From assembly GCA_039545335.1 (NCBI GenBank), contig BCIN01000004.1, positions 1,044,925-1,108,924 of the forward strand: 64,000 nucleotides of DNA. Reading direction: 5' to 3'. The number at the start of each line of letters is the position of its first letter. The stretch's first letter is position 1. The stretch is from Kondoa subrosea. Lineage: Eukaryota. The translations under genes were made by a program, and so were the position numbers. Shown here piece after piece: positions 35,473-47,745 of the stretch. Under the pieces are notes generated by a model that saw nothing but the letters and a program-made list of their open reading frames with translations, made no database searches and was not told where the DNA came from.

Positions 35473-36503
35473 ACTCTCTCAAAATGATTTGCATACGCGT
35501 CTTCTTGAGGGACTGTTTCCGTTATTCCTTCCTCCGGTTGTGGAATCGTGGTATTCATACTTGATTTCGCTGCTGCGGATCGTAAAGCTAGATAGCCTCT
35601 GTTCTTCTCGCTCATGTAGTATTCAATATCTTTCTTGTTGACTGGATCTGCTAGTCGAGGTAATGCAAGGCCTTTCTTGGCGCTATCGCGGAAAGGCATG
35701 AGTATATAAAGTTTCATGATACAGTCAAGAACTCACAAAGCTTCAGGTCTCGTGACTGCTCGAACACCAAGAGCATTGTAATATCTACACACTATCCTCC
35801 CACCTGCTGCTTCTACTGCTGAAATAGCTGATTGCGATGCTTTCGAGACCAATATTTGCAATGCCGGCAAGGGTTTAGGGTTTGGTATCCTTCCAACGGG
35901 CTATAGTTATATAATTAGAGGAGGTCATGACATAGAAGTCGAAAGCGCACATCCAGTAACAACTTGACACCTCCTCGACCGATACCTTTCACGCAATCCG
36001 TCCGATGTAGTTCTTGCATTGTGATAGGTTGAGATGGGTCTATCCTTCCTTTCTCTATCCATTCATGTAATCTGCCTAACGAGAGCTCTTCAGGTCGATG
36101 AGGGTTCCTAGACACAATCATAAGGCCTAGATTTTGACAGAGTGGATAGCAACTCACGGTGGAGTGAAGCCTCGTTTAGGAAAAGCTCGTGATAACGGTG
36201 TCTGACCACCTTCAAAGCGCGCAGGGATGTTTCCACCAGATCTTGATTTTTGACCATTGGAACCTCGACCTGAAGTATTGCCTTTGCCTGAAGAATCTCC
36301 TCGTCCTAATCGCTTTTTCTGCAAATGCATACATCTCAGTTTGAGAATGCTGCAGCAGCTGTGAATGTATAGAAACGAACGGGTTTCGTCGTGCTGCCGC
36401 TTGGTGAAAGAGAGCCTAGGTAGTTCGTGCTGTAGGCAGCCCTACCTAGCGTGCTCGTACTCGCTTGCAACGCTCTGGAGCTGTGGGATATCAAGCTTTG
36501 CAT
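35460..36503 (-). CDS. MRPL10: Mitochondrial ribosomal protein uL15m
   Basis: Presequence-like [96 protein letters not shown]. Confidence 0.93.
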
Positions 36504-36949
36504 GGTATCACTGTTTTGTGAAAAGAGTCAGCTTCTTCAATTGCGGCCAAGTACAAGTGTTCTGCTTTCATTCTGTACGAGTCTACGCAGTACTGCTATA
36601 TCTGTACCTGCTATTCTCTACTGTAAATGTTCTTGCCTACAACTGGCCTAGCTCTGCTTAGAGTCTTTGAACCCTGCGTGCTGCGGTGAATCGGATGTCT
36701 ATGATGAGGATTCCATAGGCTATCATTCTGCTCTCTCATCTTCCTTGCCTGTTTCTCGCTTTCCGTCATGTCTTCGCGAAGGGCCTCAATCACAGATGCG
36801 TAAGGCTACCGCAACTCGTTCTGGCCTCAGGCGCGTCTCGTATCGCCCTGGGTAGACATAGCCCTCAACAAGCTCTCTTAGTCACCCAAGATGTCTGTAA
36901 AGATCTGATCCACATATTGCGGAATACATTAGTTTGCATTGCACTGCCT

Positions 36950-37484
36950 TTACATGTTCATTCTCCCTAGGCTTCCTGCATTACCTCTCGGTTCGTCAGT
37001 AAAGCTGATAGTCACTTTGTAGCAAGCTGATCTTCCCATGTTCATCAAGTTGCTGGTGCAGTCGTTAGCAGCTGGACCGAAGCAGATAGGGATGAAAGAA
37101 TTTACTGTATTGCGAGCCTGTAGGACATGCAGAAACATAAAAATGATGCGCTCAGATGTATTCGTGAGATGGTACATACTTCGACGAGTATTGAGCGGAT
37201 AGATCAGATCATGTACACTAGTATTTTGCTCGGCGGCGATCATTTGCTTGACCGAGGCAATTCGCTGCTTCAGATCTTGGATTATGGCCAAGTTCATCCG
37301 ACGCGTCATCTGTCGCTGAGTGCGCTGTCAGCATCATCCAGGCGGGACATATGCGGAAACGAGCCTTTTGCTTTGCAAGTTGAAACGCAATACCCAGACT
37401 CTGCAAAGCACCTATCCTTCGGACCAGCTGCTGATTCAAACTGACTAGCTGAGTCCTGCTCATTCCCTGAACATTTTGGGCCAT
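36950..37484 (-). CDS. Possible small hypothetical protein (spliced)
   Basis: Overlapping ORFs with intron-like signals; no recognisable family. Confidence 0.25.
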
Positions 37485-38699
37485 GGTTGCAAGAAGATGA
37501 GGTTGAGAATTGAGGCGCCTCGATGTGATTTTGCTTTCAGAATTCTCGCTCACCGCTCGCAAATCGAGAATACCGTTCATCGTTCATTGTGTCGAAGCAG
37601 ATTGACATGAGCAACCTCCCCGATTCTGATTTCCCTTGAAAACTCGCCGATGTGTCACAGACAGTAGATACATTGCGGAACCTGCAGAGAGTACTGTGCC
37701 ACTGTGGCATAGTCTTCAGGTGCGAAAATATTCCAAGGTATAGCAATGATGGATCGCTTGTTCCGTTGAATTACTGTACATTAGGTCTAGCGAATGCTAC
37801 TGAGCCGATATTGATTGTTGTACACAGTGCATGATTGCTGCTCCATACGTAATCGTTGCAGCAAGATTTCAGGCTTTATGCCACATGTAAGTCTGATGCG
37901 CGCTTCTTTGACTTGTTTGTAGCCCGCGTCGGTCTGAACTTATAGCAATTTTGCCATCCAATCGCAAACGCAAAGATTGCCGTATCGTCCACCTTACCTG
38001 GGGCGTACCACAAAGCTATCTCGGTCTTCAGCACAAACACAATTGCACCGATGATGTTGATAAAGTTCTTGCGAAACTTCCTCCTTCAATCTCGATTCTC
38101 AGTCGGGACATGGCAGAATCAAGAAAGAGAGAGAAAGAGCGCGAAATGTAGCACAGAGTCTCATTGATCAAGATGCTCGTCTTGTTTGCAGGTCGCGGTC
38201 GCATGCAGAGCGCAACAAACGCGACTGCTACGTTGAGCAATTCCCGCGTTACTCAAGGCGGTGGGCCGATACTGAATTCCCGGCAGGCACCTACGTTGTA
38301 AAAGCACTACCACCACGAGAATCACAAGCAGAAGCACCGAGCAACATTCAGGAATTGCAAAACATATTGTGGGAAGCAATGGACCGAAAGAGAAGTAAAT
38401 TGGGTCAATCATTAATTTGGATCTAGCGCTGGTCACGAATGTTTGAGGAAAGGCATCGAACGATACAGTAGAAAGAGAAACAGAAAAAGAGGCAGACAGA
38501 AACAAGGGAGAACAACGGAACAAAACCAGACATCGATGGGAACGGCATTGCAGGACAGATCTCCCTATGCAGCTTGCTAAACCGCGCTTCTCGTCGATCC
38601 GCGTGTGATCAGCTGCGGAACGAGCCATATGCATGTCTTGTCGGATTCTTTTTCGATTCTTGCTTTGAACTGGGACTCTTCCTCTGTACCTACTGCGAC

Positions 38700-39498
38700 A
38701 TGTCTGCTGCCTCGTCTGATTCTGAATTGGAACCTTACGAACCATCTGAACTCTCAATGAAGCTTAACATGGAGCTCGACAAAATCAATCGAGAACTGCA
38801 GGAGATCTATCAGAAGGAAGCGCAAGACAAAAGGGAGCGTGAGCCTCTGATTATGCTGTACAGTGCTCCACCTCTAGGTGATGTCCGTCTAGGCAAGAGA
38901 ACAGCTGTAGTGTCCTTGAAAGACGACTATCTCGACGAGAATCCGCTGCTGTTCTATTTCTACATCGTTGATGGTGCTGGAAGAATCACCCTTACTGTAG
39001 ACGCCGGAACTGTATGTTGGGTTAAGTATCAAGCAAAAGGGATCTGACACTACGTTTGCAGTCGTGGTACTTCTATATCAGCGGGACTGTAGTGAAGGAC
39101 AACGGATTGAGCGCATCTGATGGTCTCACGATTCGTTGGTGAGCACGTTGCGCATTCCTCATGGCTCCTTCTGATGCTGTCTTTAGCCGCTGCATCGAGA
39201 ACATATGGCATTGGATGTTTTGGGTCGTGCCTGAAGCAATGCGCTCAGACTCTGCAGCCGATGTCTGGGCAGAAGCTGAAAAGAGACCTATGTCGTTCAC
39301 CATCCCGGTGTACGACGAAAAAGAAAGCGAAGATCGTTTGAGAAGAATCTTGATCGAGTGCATGGTCAATGATGGTACTTTTGTAGAGCCTCGTAAGTAC
39401 CATGCTCCGTTCTTTTACTGTATTGCTGATATATCGTATAGCTCATTAGAAATCAAGTAATGCGAAAACAAAGGGATATGCAAGCTGGATGCGAATAG
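38700..39498 (+). CDS. Hypothetical lineage-specific protein (spliced)
   Basis: MSAASSDSELEPYEPSE... ORF followed by GT-AG introns (gtatgt ~39012, gtgagc ~39140, gtaagt ~39393) linking coding-like segments; no family recognised. Confidence 0.45.
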
Positions 39499-40469
39499 AG
39501 ACACCGACTGCAGAGAGTCTGGTTCTGCTGACGTTGCCTTTGTCGAGATCTGGTTGGCGCGTCCGAGCGAAATTGACTCTTTGCCATTGCTATCATCCGG
39601 TCCTTGCGGGTGCTCTTGTGTTCTCCAGTAGAAAGCTTCCGCACGATTCTCGTCATGGGTTTCGTCCAACGGCTTTTGGGCACCGCATTTCACTAGCGTC
39701 AAGCTCTCTTCTACAGCTTGATCCGCGAGCTGGGTCCCTACACCTCTACGCAATGTCCTGATGCTCGAGTGAACTATCTTGTCTAAACTTTGTTTTGCGC
39801 GGCGGAATAACGAACGATGTCTGTACTTGTCGATATCTTTCCTTTGCCAACCGAAGCTTCTGATTCTCTTCTATTGGCTCGGCCATGCAGCTCGCAGAGG
39901 TTCTGCCTGCTAATTCCGATTGTCATCTTTTGTCGTCTGCAAGTCAAGCAGTAGTAACAAGCGATCTTAGACAGCCTCTCTGACTCGTTCAAGACGTCTA
40001 TAGAGGCCTGATCCGGGAGCAGCTGTCTTAACTCTGCAAAAGTGCTTCTCCCTTTATTCGGCGTCATGCCTGTTTCGGTGCATGTAAGAGACATGTATCG
40101 ATATCACTTGGCGATATCTAATCAACACAAGAGCATGCAAGATCACATCAAGCAAATCAATCAGACAGTTCAGTCGATGGCTGCTTTCTTCAAAAACTCA
40201 TCAATCTCAATCAAGTCCAAGCAGAATTGTAAGTCTATCGAGCAAGAGGGATAAAGCAGGACAACAGGATCCAAGCGAGCATGACGAAGAGGGGTAAAAG
40301 TGATTACGATCGATTTCTTGCGACAAAGAAAGTCAGTGATTATGAATGAACGGAATTCTCGATTGTCTTTGCCAGGTCTTGCGGAGCACTAAGGCATCCA
40401 GCACTGACTACGGCCTAAGTACAAATACCCATGGTGGTAAGAAAGCCTGTTTCTTTTTTTTTTTTTTTT

Positions 40470-41122
40470 GCTCATGCGTGGTCACAATACAGTCTGCAAG
40501 TACTGTCATCGCCCAAACGAACTTGGTCACAACGAAACATGCGCTCAACGCCAGAACATGCGAACTACTAGGCACGAGAAAGCTAAAGGTACAATCAAGT
40601 ATCACGTTGAACAGATCTCTGGGACAACAGTCAAAGCCGAGCCTGCTGTAGTCAATAGAAGGGACAGAACAGATCTTCGCATCTCTGGTCCAGGCTCGTT
40701 TCGGCAAGACGTCTCTGACTATGATCTCAAGTTCACCTCAGTCCATTCGCTACGCTTTCCTCAAGTACCTAGCACTCAAGATCCAGACCTCTTCAGCGCT
40801 ACTGAGAAGCGTATCNNNNNNNNNNNNNNNNNNNNNNNNNNNNNNNNNNNNNNNNNNNNNNNNNNNNNNNNNNNNNNNNNNNNNNAAGCGTATCCAGCTT
40901 TACCTGTCAAGCATTGAAGCAGAGAAGAATCGTCATTACTGCAGCCTTATCAAGAATGCTTTCCACCCAATTATCTTCACCACTGGTGGAACACCCTCTC
41001 CTACCTCGAAAGANGTTCTGGCTCATTGGCAAGAACTCATGGATCCGNATGTATACCACTCTCTAATTCTCGACCTTTCAATTGGTCTGTTACGTTCTCG
41101 GTCTCGGTGCTTTGTGTTGTGA
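40470..41122 (+). mobile_element. 5'-truncated non-LTR retrotransposon fragment, RLE (restriction-like endonuclease) type, CRE/Cnl1/MoTeR-like: CCHC knuckle plus endonuclease domain
   Basis: CKYCHRPNELGHNETC (CCHC), RTTRHE, KAEP...RTDLRI, YDLKF, EAEKNRHY, FHPIIFTTGG, LSIGLLRSR. No RT domain upstream. Contains an N gap and two ambiguous bases, consistent with a repeated sequence. Confidence 0.82.
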
Positions 41123-41188
41123 AGTAAAAGAAGAAGATGAAGTGAGATCTTTAGATTGGGTAGTATGAAATTTGTATGCTAGCTTTCC

Positions 41189-41290
41189 ATAGACCACCGT
41201 GCAACTTCCAAATTTACCACCGTGCAACTTCCAGATTTTATCTTATGCAACTTCCAAATTTATAGACCACCGTGCAACTTCCAAATTTAT
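41189..41290 (+). repeat. Four-unit tandem array with core TGCAACTTCCA(A/G)ATTT, units ~21-28 bp
   Basis: atagaccaccgtgcaacttccaaattt / accaccgtgcaacttccagatttta / tcttatgcaacttccaaattt / atagaccaccgtgcaacttccaaattt. Confidence 0.9.
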
Positions 41291-41419
41291 TCAGCACGCG
41301 CCCTCTAGGAGGACTCGCACAGTAGAGTGCTATTGTGAGAAAAGGCAGGAGAATCTTCAGCCCCAGTCACCGAAGTTCCTGGAACGCCAAATTCACCGCC
41401 GAAACGAATGAAAGTGGGT

Positions 41420-41495
41420 ATAGACGTTGTGAGGGATTCCAACCCGACCTCGCATTAGATGCGACGCCCCTCTGTGGTCTTAGGCCTGTTTCCTA
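41420..41495 (-). pseudogene. Possible degenerate tRNA (Leu/Ser-like) or tRNA-derived relic
   Basis: Minus strand has GGCCTAAGAC (like the Leu D-loop GGTCTAAGGC), a hairpin TCGCA-TCTAA-TGCGA and a B-box-like GGGTTGGAATCCC; no intact anticodon or acceptor stem. Confidence 0.3.
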
Positions 41496-41560
41496 CAAAA
41501 ATTGTGCTACCTAATATGATACACTTTAATGCGTTTTAACGATAAATCAAACACAAATTT

Positions 41561-41632
41561 GTCCCGGTAGCCCAATGGTAGGGCGTCAGACTTCTAATCT
41601 GGAGGCTGTGGGTTCGAGTCCCATTCGGGATG
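41561..41632 (+). tRNA. trnR-UCU: tRNA-Arg (anticodon TCT), intronless
   Basis: Acceptor GTCCCGG/TCGGGAT, D arm TAGCCCAATGGTAGGGC, anticodon arm TCAGA-CTTCTAA-TCTGG, T arm GTGGG-TTCGAGT-CCCAT, followed by TTTT. Confidence 0.96.
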
Positions 41633-42821
41633 CTGTTTTGTCCTAAACGCAGGACTCGATTCTTTTTTGGATTTGCTGGAGTCCATTTCCCTAAATTATA
41701 AAACATGATTGGAAAATACTTGTCTTCCTGCATGATTCAGACTCTTTGAGCTGTCCTGCACTGGACGGAGCGAGTGAAGACGCATCTTGGTCGGTCTTTG
41801 AAAGTGAGAGAAGTTTTTGACCATTGGAGAAATAAAAGTCGCGACTTACGTAATACGCGTTCCTCGTTGCGCTGATACTTCTAGACAAATGTCCGGCACA
41901 CTGAAGCGTCCGCACGTTGAGTGTGCGCGTCGCCGAGCTTCGCTTTTGACCATGTTCAATCAAAGTTTGCAAGTTGAGGTGAATACTTGTCCAACTGCAA
42001 GTCTAAGCAGGATAGAGCTCTGTATCTTGCCATATACAACGAAGTCGCCAGCTCCGTACTCGTGCATAGCCTGAAGAGCAAAAACGAATCGAGGCAGCGT
42101 ATTCGAAAAGGGCTTGCGAAACGGAACGTGATCAGTTGAACACAGACATTGACAGCATGGGGTGTAGAATGCGAGACAATTAGATGTAGGCCGAGTGCCG
42201 GAATAGAAGGAAATTCAACCTGAATTGATCAAAGTGATTTGGCAATTTGAAGGATGTTCCGAAAGTCACCTGCGACATGACTGTACGACAACTCATGTTG
42301 TTCTTTATCAAAGGAGCGCTAATCGTGATTGAAAGACAGCCAATAGTCAAGCAACGGCTTTTTGTTGAGCACAAGTCCAGAGTAAAGGAAATGAGACAGA
42401 TTTCAAGATACGGGGTCCGGATGGAGCCTTGGGAAGGGATATAAGAGCGAGACGAGGATACAGAAGACCAATCAGATCAAAGCTCAAATTGAAAAGACTT
42501 AATAGCAAACAGCCATTCAGCGATGCCAGGAATTGCGACACAGCTTGATTCGGCCTTCATTCTAGATTCCACGTCATGTATTGCTCGTTCGGCCTTTGCT
42601 CTTCATTCGTGCTGTCAGCGGATGGCTGAATCATTCAAACAAAGATCGTCGGTGCTTAGTAATTGGGTGACGGCCGTCTGAGGCATGCTATTTCCTAGCG
42701 ATCCTCCTTTTGCTCTTCTTCTACATTCCTCATCTTCTGCTTGACACTTTACTAGCCAAAGTAAGCCAATATTTGACTTCAGATCATCGCTCGAGACTGA
42801 ATGGAATATGTAACAGCGCAA

Positions 42822-43823
42822 ATGTCTACTCAGACTATTCTGATCACTGGTGCTACTGGCAAACAAGGCGGCGCCGCTCTGTCTTCTTTGCTCGGTCAAC
42901 CCGATATCAATCTTCGCTTCTTGACTCGCAACACTTCTTCTCCGTCAGCTCAGCGTCTGGTTGCCAAAGGAGCTCAAGCTTTCCAAGGCGATCTTGCTGT
43001 TCCTTCTTCCCTCGATGCTGCTCTTGCAGGTGTTGACCGCGCTTTCCTGGTCACCGAACAGAAAGTCGGTGAAGAGCAAGAGATTGTTCTAGGTAGAAAC
43101 TTCATTGATGCAGCAAAGAAAGCGGGTATCAAGCATATCGTCTTCTCTTCCGTCGCCTCAGCCGATATTGCTACCACTGTACCCCATTTCAGGTCTAAAA
43201 ATCAAGTCAGTTGTTCGTCTTCTTTGCCCCTTTGAAGAGTTCACTGATGTGGATCTACAATAGATTGAACAGTATCTCAAGGCTTCTGGTATTTCTTATA
43301 CTATCTTACGTCCAGTTGGCTTCATGGAGAACTTCCCAGTCGAACAAGGCATCAAACGCTTTCTCTTGGTCGGACTTTTCTACTCTTCACTAGGCGGTCA
43401 ACCTTGTCAGTTCGTCGCAACGGAAGACATTGGTCATTTCGCTGCTCAAGCATTACTTAACCCTACCGAGAATCAGTTCAACATGAAGACCATCACACTT
43501 TCTTCAGGTCAATACACGTTGAAAGAGATAGAGGAATCATACGAGAGAGTACAGGGTCAAGCGCCGTGGATTGCTCGATATTTCCCCAAATCGATCAGGA
43601 ATCTCTTGCCAAACGATTTGAAGCAGATGATGATCTGCAAGTTCTCAACTTCTTTATTTTTCCCCTTAATCTTTCGCTGATGATGATCCTGTCTGCAGAT
43701 ATGGAAGAGAAAGGTTTCCCAGCTGTAGATGTACAAGAGTTGAGAAAGATACATCCTGGTCTACTTTCATTTGAGAGCTGGGTTCGCAGGAATGATGCTA
43801 CAAAGACTAGGAAAGCACTGTAG
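42822..43823 (+). CDS. NmrA-like NAD(P)-binding (atypical SDR) protein
   Basis: ILITGATGKQGGA, LTRNTSSPSA, IDAAKKAGIKHIVFSSV, PHFRSK, ILRPVGFMEN, EDIGHFAA; two introns. Confidence 0.92.
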
Positions 43824-43902
43824 AGCAATGGAGCGGTCAATAGTAGGAATACATGAAATCAATTATATTAGTAATCATTCAATCTACCTACTCTTTGTTA
43901 CG

Positions 43903-45605
43903 CTACACTTGCGTTTCCCCATCTATCCTACAAAAGGAGCTCGGCAACACGAATCCACCTGGATTAGATACACCCGTTCCACTGATCAACGTCGTGTTCC
44001 CCTTGATCTGACTGCTGTTTGCAGACGATTGAGATGTGGTAGCCTTGATATAAGCGCTGAAACCAGAAGAACTTGTTAAAGCCAGATTCTTGTTGGTCAA
44101 AGGTGACTCTGTGCGGTAAGAAGGTGATTGAAGTGTTATTCGGGGTGGATTTGATCGAGAAGCTTGAGATGTGGTCCTAGACACTGATGATCTTACGCTG
44201 CCAGCCTTTGATCTACCGAGATAGGAACTTGCTACTGGCTGATGAGATGCGACAGTAGCGAATTGAGATCGAGCCAGGTAAGAGGAAGCCACAGTTTTGC
44301 TTGTTATTGACGGAGTGCTATCACTATGGACTGATGAACCTCTTGAAGAAGGCAGATGGTATTCTGATGCAGGCAGTGGATGTCTGGTCGAATGCTTACT
44401 GAATTTGCTTTGCGCAGAGGAAGATGATCCAGACCTTGAAGAGCTTGATCTACTCTCTTCGGACGAGTCTGATGATCTAGTAGAGGAAGATCGAGCGATG
44501 GAAGTGGACACTGTTGTCTTCATTGGCATATCGCTGATAGACTCAATTTCGGGCCAATCATAGCTTTCTTTCCCGTTGTAGGAGGATTTTGAGCTGGAAG
44601 AAGGTCTACTGAGAAGCAGTGTTTTAGAATTACGAATTCTCCTTCTTCTCCGGAGGCAAAAGAATACAAGAATCACCAAAAAGAGGAGGCCAACTGCTGC
44701 ACCTATGCCATATAAGATAACCAGACGGGAAGAAGATTTATGCTGTTCAGTCGGTATACCAGATGCACCGGTGTTTTGCAGGTCTGTTGCTATACTAGAT
44801 GTGTTGGCAGATTGTAGGGATGGAGCTCTGCTGCTTTCCTGAGAAGAACTGCTTGGAGCAGGCGGGTCGGGAGTAGAACTCCGAGTAACTACTCGAGCAG
44901 TGGTAGAAGTTGGCGCATCAGCCGCTTCAGTGTCTGCAGAGCTGCTACTAGAACTTGACATAGATACGACCGAAGGTATAGTAGAAGATCCTTGGGTTAG
45001 GATGGCAGCTCGAGAGGAAGGAGAAGTCGACTGGGCAGGCATGAACGTCGATGTGTAAGGTAATGGAGGTTCCGCATCGATGTAGCGAAAAGCGACCGAT
45101 TGGAGAGGAGATTCTGGACCGGAAAAAGCCATACAGCCATCTACACCGATGGATCAGCCCAAGGATAACGCCAGGCCATTCACCAAACCCTGACCTTTTT
45201 GGTTGATACCGTAATACGATAGTCCATCGATACAATCGAATGAATTAGTGAAAGTATCTACGACCATCTAAAGAAAGATTCAGTCGTTATATTGCGATGA
45301 GGTAACAGGCACAAACACCCGCTGGATATTTTAGTCTCTCTGCCGCTGTCAGCGTTATCCGAGAAGATCCATATTGTACATTCGCCGGTACGGGATAACA
45401 AGTGTAAGATATGATATTCGATACTGAAAAAACCGGTGTAGAGTCGCACGCATTAGAGCTGCACAATGACATCAATCAGAACGGCTCGTATAGACAGTGC
45501 AAGTGTATATAGGACCGACATTGGACCGAAGAATTCGACAGAAGCCGCGCTCGCAATTGATATGACCCCAAACAAGCTGAGCACTTGACTTCGCCGGCCC
45601 TTCAT
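43903..45605 (-). CDS. Type I membrane protein: signal peptide, Cys ectodomain, Ser/Thr stalk, TM, long Ser-rich cytoplasmic tail; paralog of the gene at 375-1333
   Basis: MKGRRSQVLSLFGVISIASAASVEFFGP|SNACDSTPVFSVSNIISYTCY...LKYPAG|MVVDTFTNSFDCIDGLSYYGINQ|...VAFRYIDAEPPLPY; TM LVILYGIGAAVGLLFLVILVFFCL followed by RRRRRIR. Confidence 0.72.
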
Positions 45606-46178
45606 TTGCAGAGACCGTTGACTATGTCACCAGTTGACCGAGAAGCGATGTGACAGGTGCTCCAAGGAGATTCCGTTTACAATGATGCCTTTCCTTGAGG
45701 TTTCAACAATTGCAGCATATGGTGGATGTCAAAGGTGAAAGCTAATCTGTATCAAAGATCTGTCGAGCCGTGGTATACGACACAGGCAATCTGAAGTAGA
45801 GAGAGAGCACTTTGCGAGATTCATTCGAAGCGAGATTCGGTCAGAGCAGAAAGGGAATTCAAGGATATAACAAGAAGATTGAAACCACTCGTAGTATGGC
45901 TTCGCCAGGGCATTACAGCTGACAACACACGTCCAGAGCGAGACGCTTCCGAGTGTGCTGGATTTCCTAGATGTCAATGAATTGAATAGCCTCCGGTTTC
46001 AGCGGAAAACGCGATCTCGACTGCAGTATACGTGTGCAGTACGAATCCAGTGATGAGCGAGGGTTATTAGCAGCGAAAACAACACATCGTGCAATTGGGA
46101 TTGAGCGTCGAGGACAAGGCAATGGAATTGCCCTGACGCAAGGTAAAGTGTAGCATTGGTCTGCATTGATGCACAAAT

Positions 46179-47262
46179 CTACTCTGGCTTCCTGCAATAG
46201 AACATCGGCCCAGCCATTCTAACAATCACTTTTCCCTTCTCCTTCCGTTCTTCCTTGAGTATTCGACCGACTTCAGCAACCACTTCACTTTTCTTTCCTT
46301 TATTGCTTTCATCCCACTTTGCAGAGATCATAGGCCAACTCATGGTCAACATATCGAGGTAATCCGAGACCAAATGTTCTTTCAAATCAACCAAGTTCTC
46401 CATCCATTCTGTCTTTGCCTCAACGAAACCAAGTTCTTTCAGGACAGGAAGTGATGCGTCGCTATTCCATGTTGGAAGAGGTCCAGTCTCAGCACCCCTG
46501 TCATTGCAATTGATGCGGTCAAAGATTAGACTCGGTGATAGAGGAAAGACCAACATTGGTGGAGGTAAGCCTAGGTTGGCACACGCAGTCTTGACGTGTC
46601 CTTGCAACCAGCTCACATGATTGTGACAAGAAAAAGTGAGAATTCCACCAGGTTTAAGAATACGTAGAAGTTCTTTGAAAGCGACTTTGCCATCAGGAAA
46701 AAGCTGAAGACCATAATTGATGATGACATGAGTGAAAGACTCGTCAGGCAATTTAGTATCCTATAATGCGGCAAGAGGTTAACATCGGTCTGAAGATGAA
46801 GATGACAGAATAACCCACCATTGCGTTGACTACTTGTGCTTTTGCGTTGATCCATCCATTTGCCGCAGCCCGCTCTTTGCATACTTCAAGACTTGCTTCG
46901 TTGATGTCACCAACTGCCGGAGTGATGAGATTTGCTTGGAAGACAATTTATGTTGCGTGAACGCACATAAAAGGGTCAGATTCTTTCTATTCTTGTATTC
47001 TGGCTTAAGACCATAGATCAAAGCACCAACCAGACCAGTCCCAGCTCTGTTTAACCTTGGTCAAATGCCTGCCATCGGACGAGATGAAGACATACGCGCA
47101 GTCAAAGATCGCCAAGTCTTGATCCGCAGGAGCAGCAGTCACGCCCGAAAGATCAACAATACGTTCGGCAGGAGGGCTGAGAAAGAGATGACCAAGTTCC
47201 TTGGTGCTCAAATCCGCAAAGTGGGATTTAGGCATATTTCTCCATAACGTTTCATAGTCCAT
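46179..47262 (-). CDS. Class I SAM-dependent methyltransferase (UbiE/Methyltransf_11-like)
   Basis: Motif I across an intron (AIFDCA..GTG), LPDESFTHVIINYGLQLFPDGKVAFKELLRILKPGGILTFS. Confidence 0.85.
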
Positions 47263-47745
47263 TGTTATATTAAGGCGAGAGCAGAATTGGAAAGACTGCC
47301 GACCGGCAAGTTTGAAGAGTGCTGAGCTTTGGCGCAGAATAATTGAATCGGATGCAGCTTCCGTCCAATGCAACAAAACAAAGAAAGAGGAACAGAATAA
47401 GAGCAGATTTAAAGAATAAGAATAGCGGTATCGGGAAGTACGCGTAGGTGCACGGCGCGAGTAACACACTGCCGTGCGGTAGATTCGCTTTCAAGACAAA
47501 GTCTCTTGCTAAGAACGGCCGCTGTGTGTAAATGAGTCTCGCTTCAGTCGTCGGTATCGCTCCTGCAGCAAGACTTCAAGTACTGTAATAGCAGCCAAAT
47601 GTGCCTGAAGCTATCCGAATCCGGTGGTTTGTGTGAAGATACTCTATTTTTTCGTTCATTTCTCGCTTCTACCAGCTGTCTTGAGCTACCTTTTCCTACC
47701 TAGACTCTTTTCTGTATTATACCTTGACTCTATTCTCCTTGTATC

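Noticed and set aside
41189..41290. CRISPR-like appearance of the repeat array
   Set aside because: Units are adjacent with no unique spacers, the context is eukaryotic and there are no cas genes.
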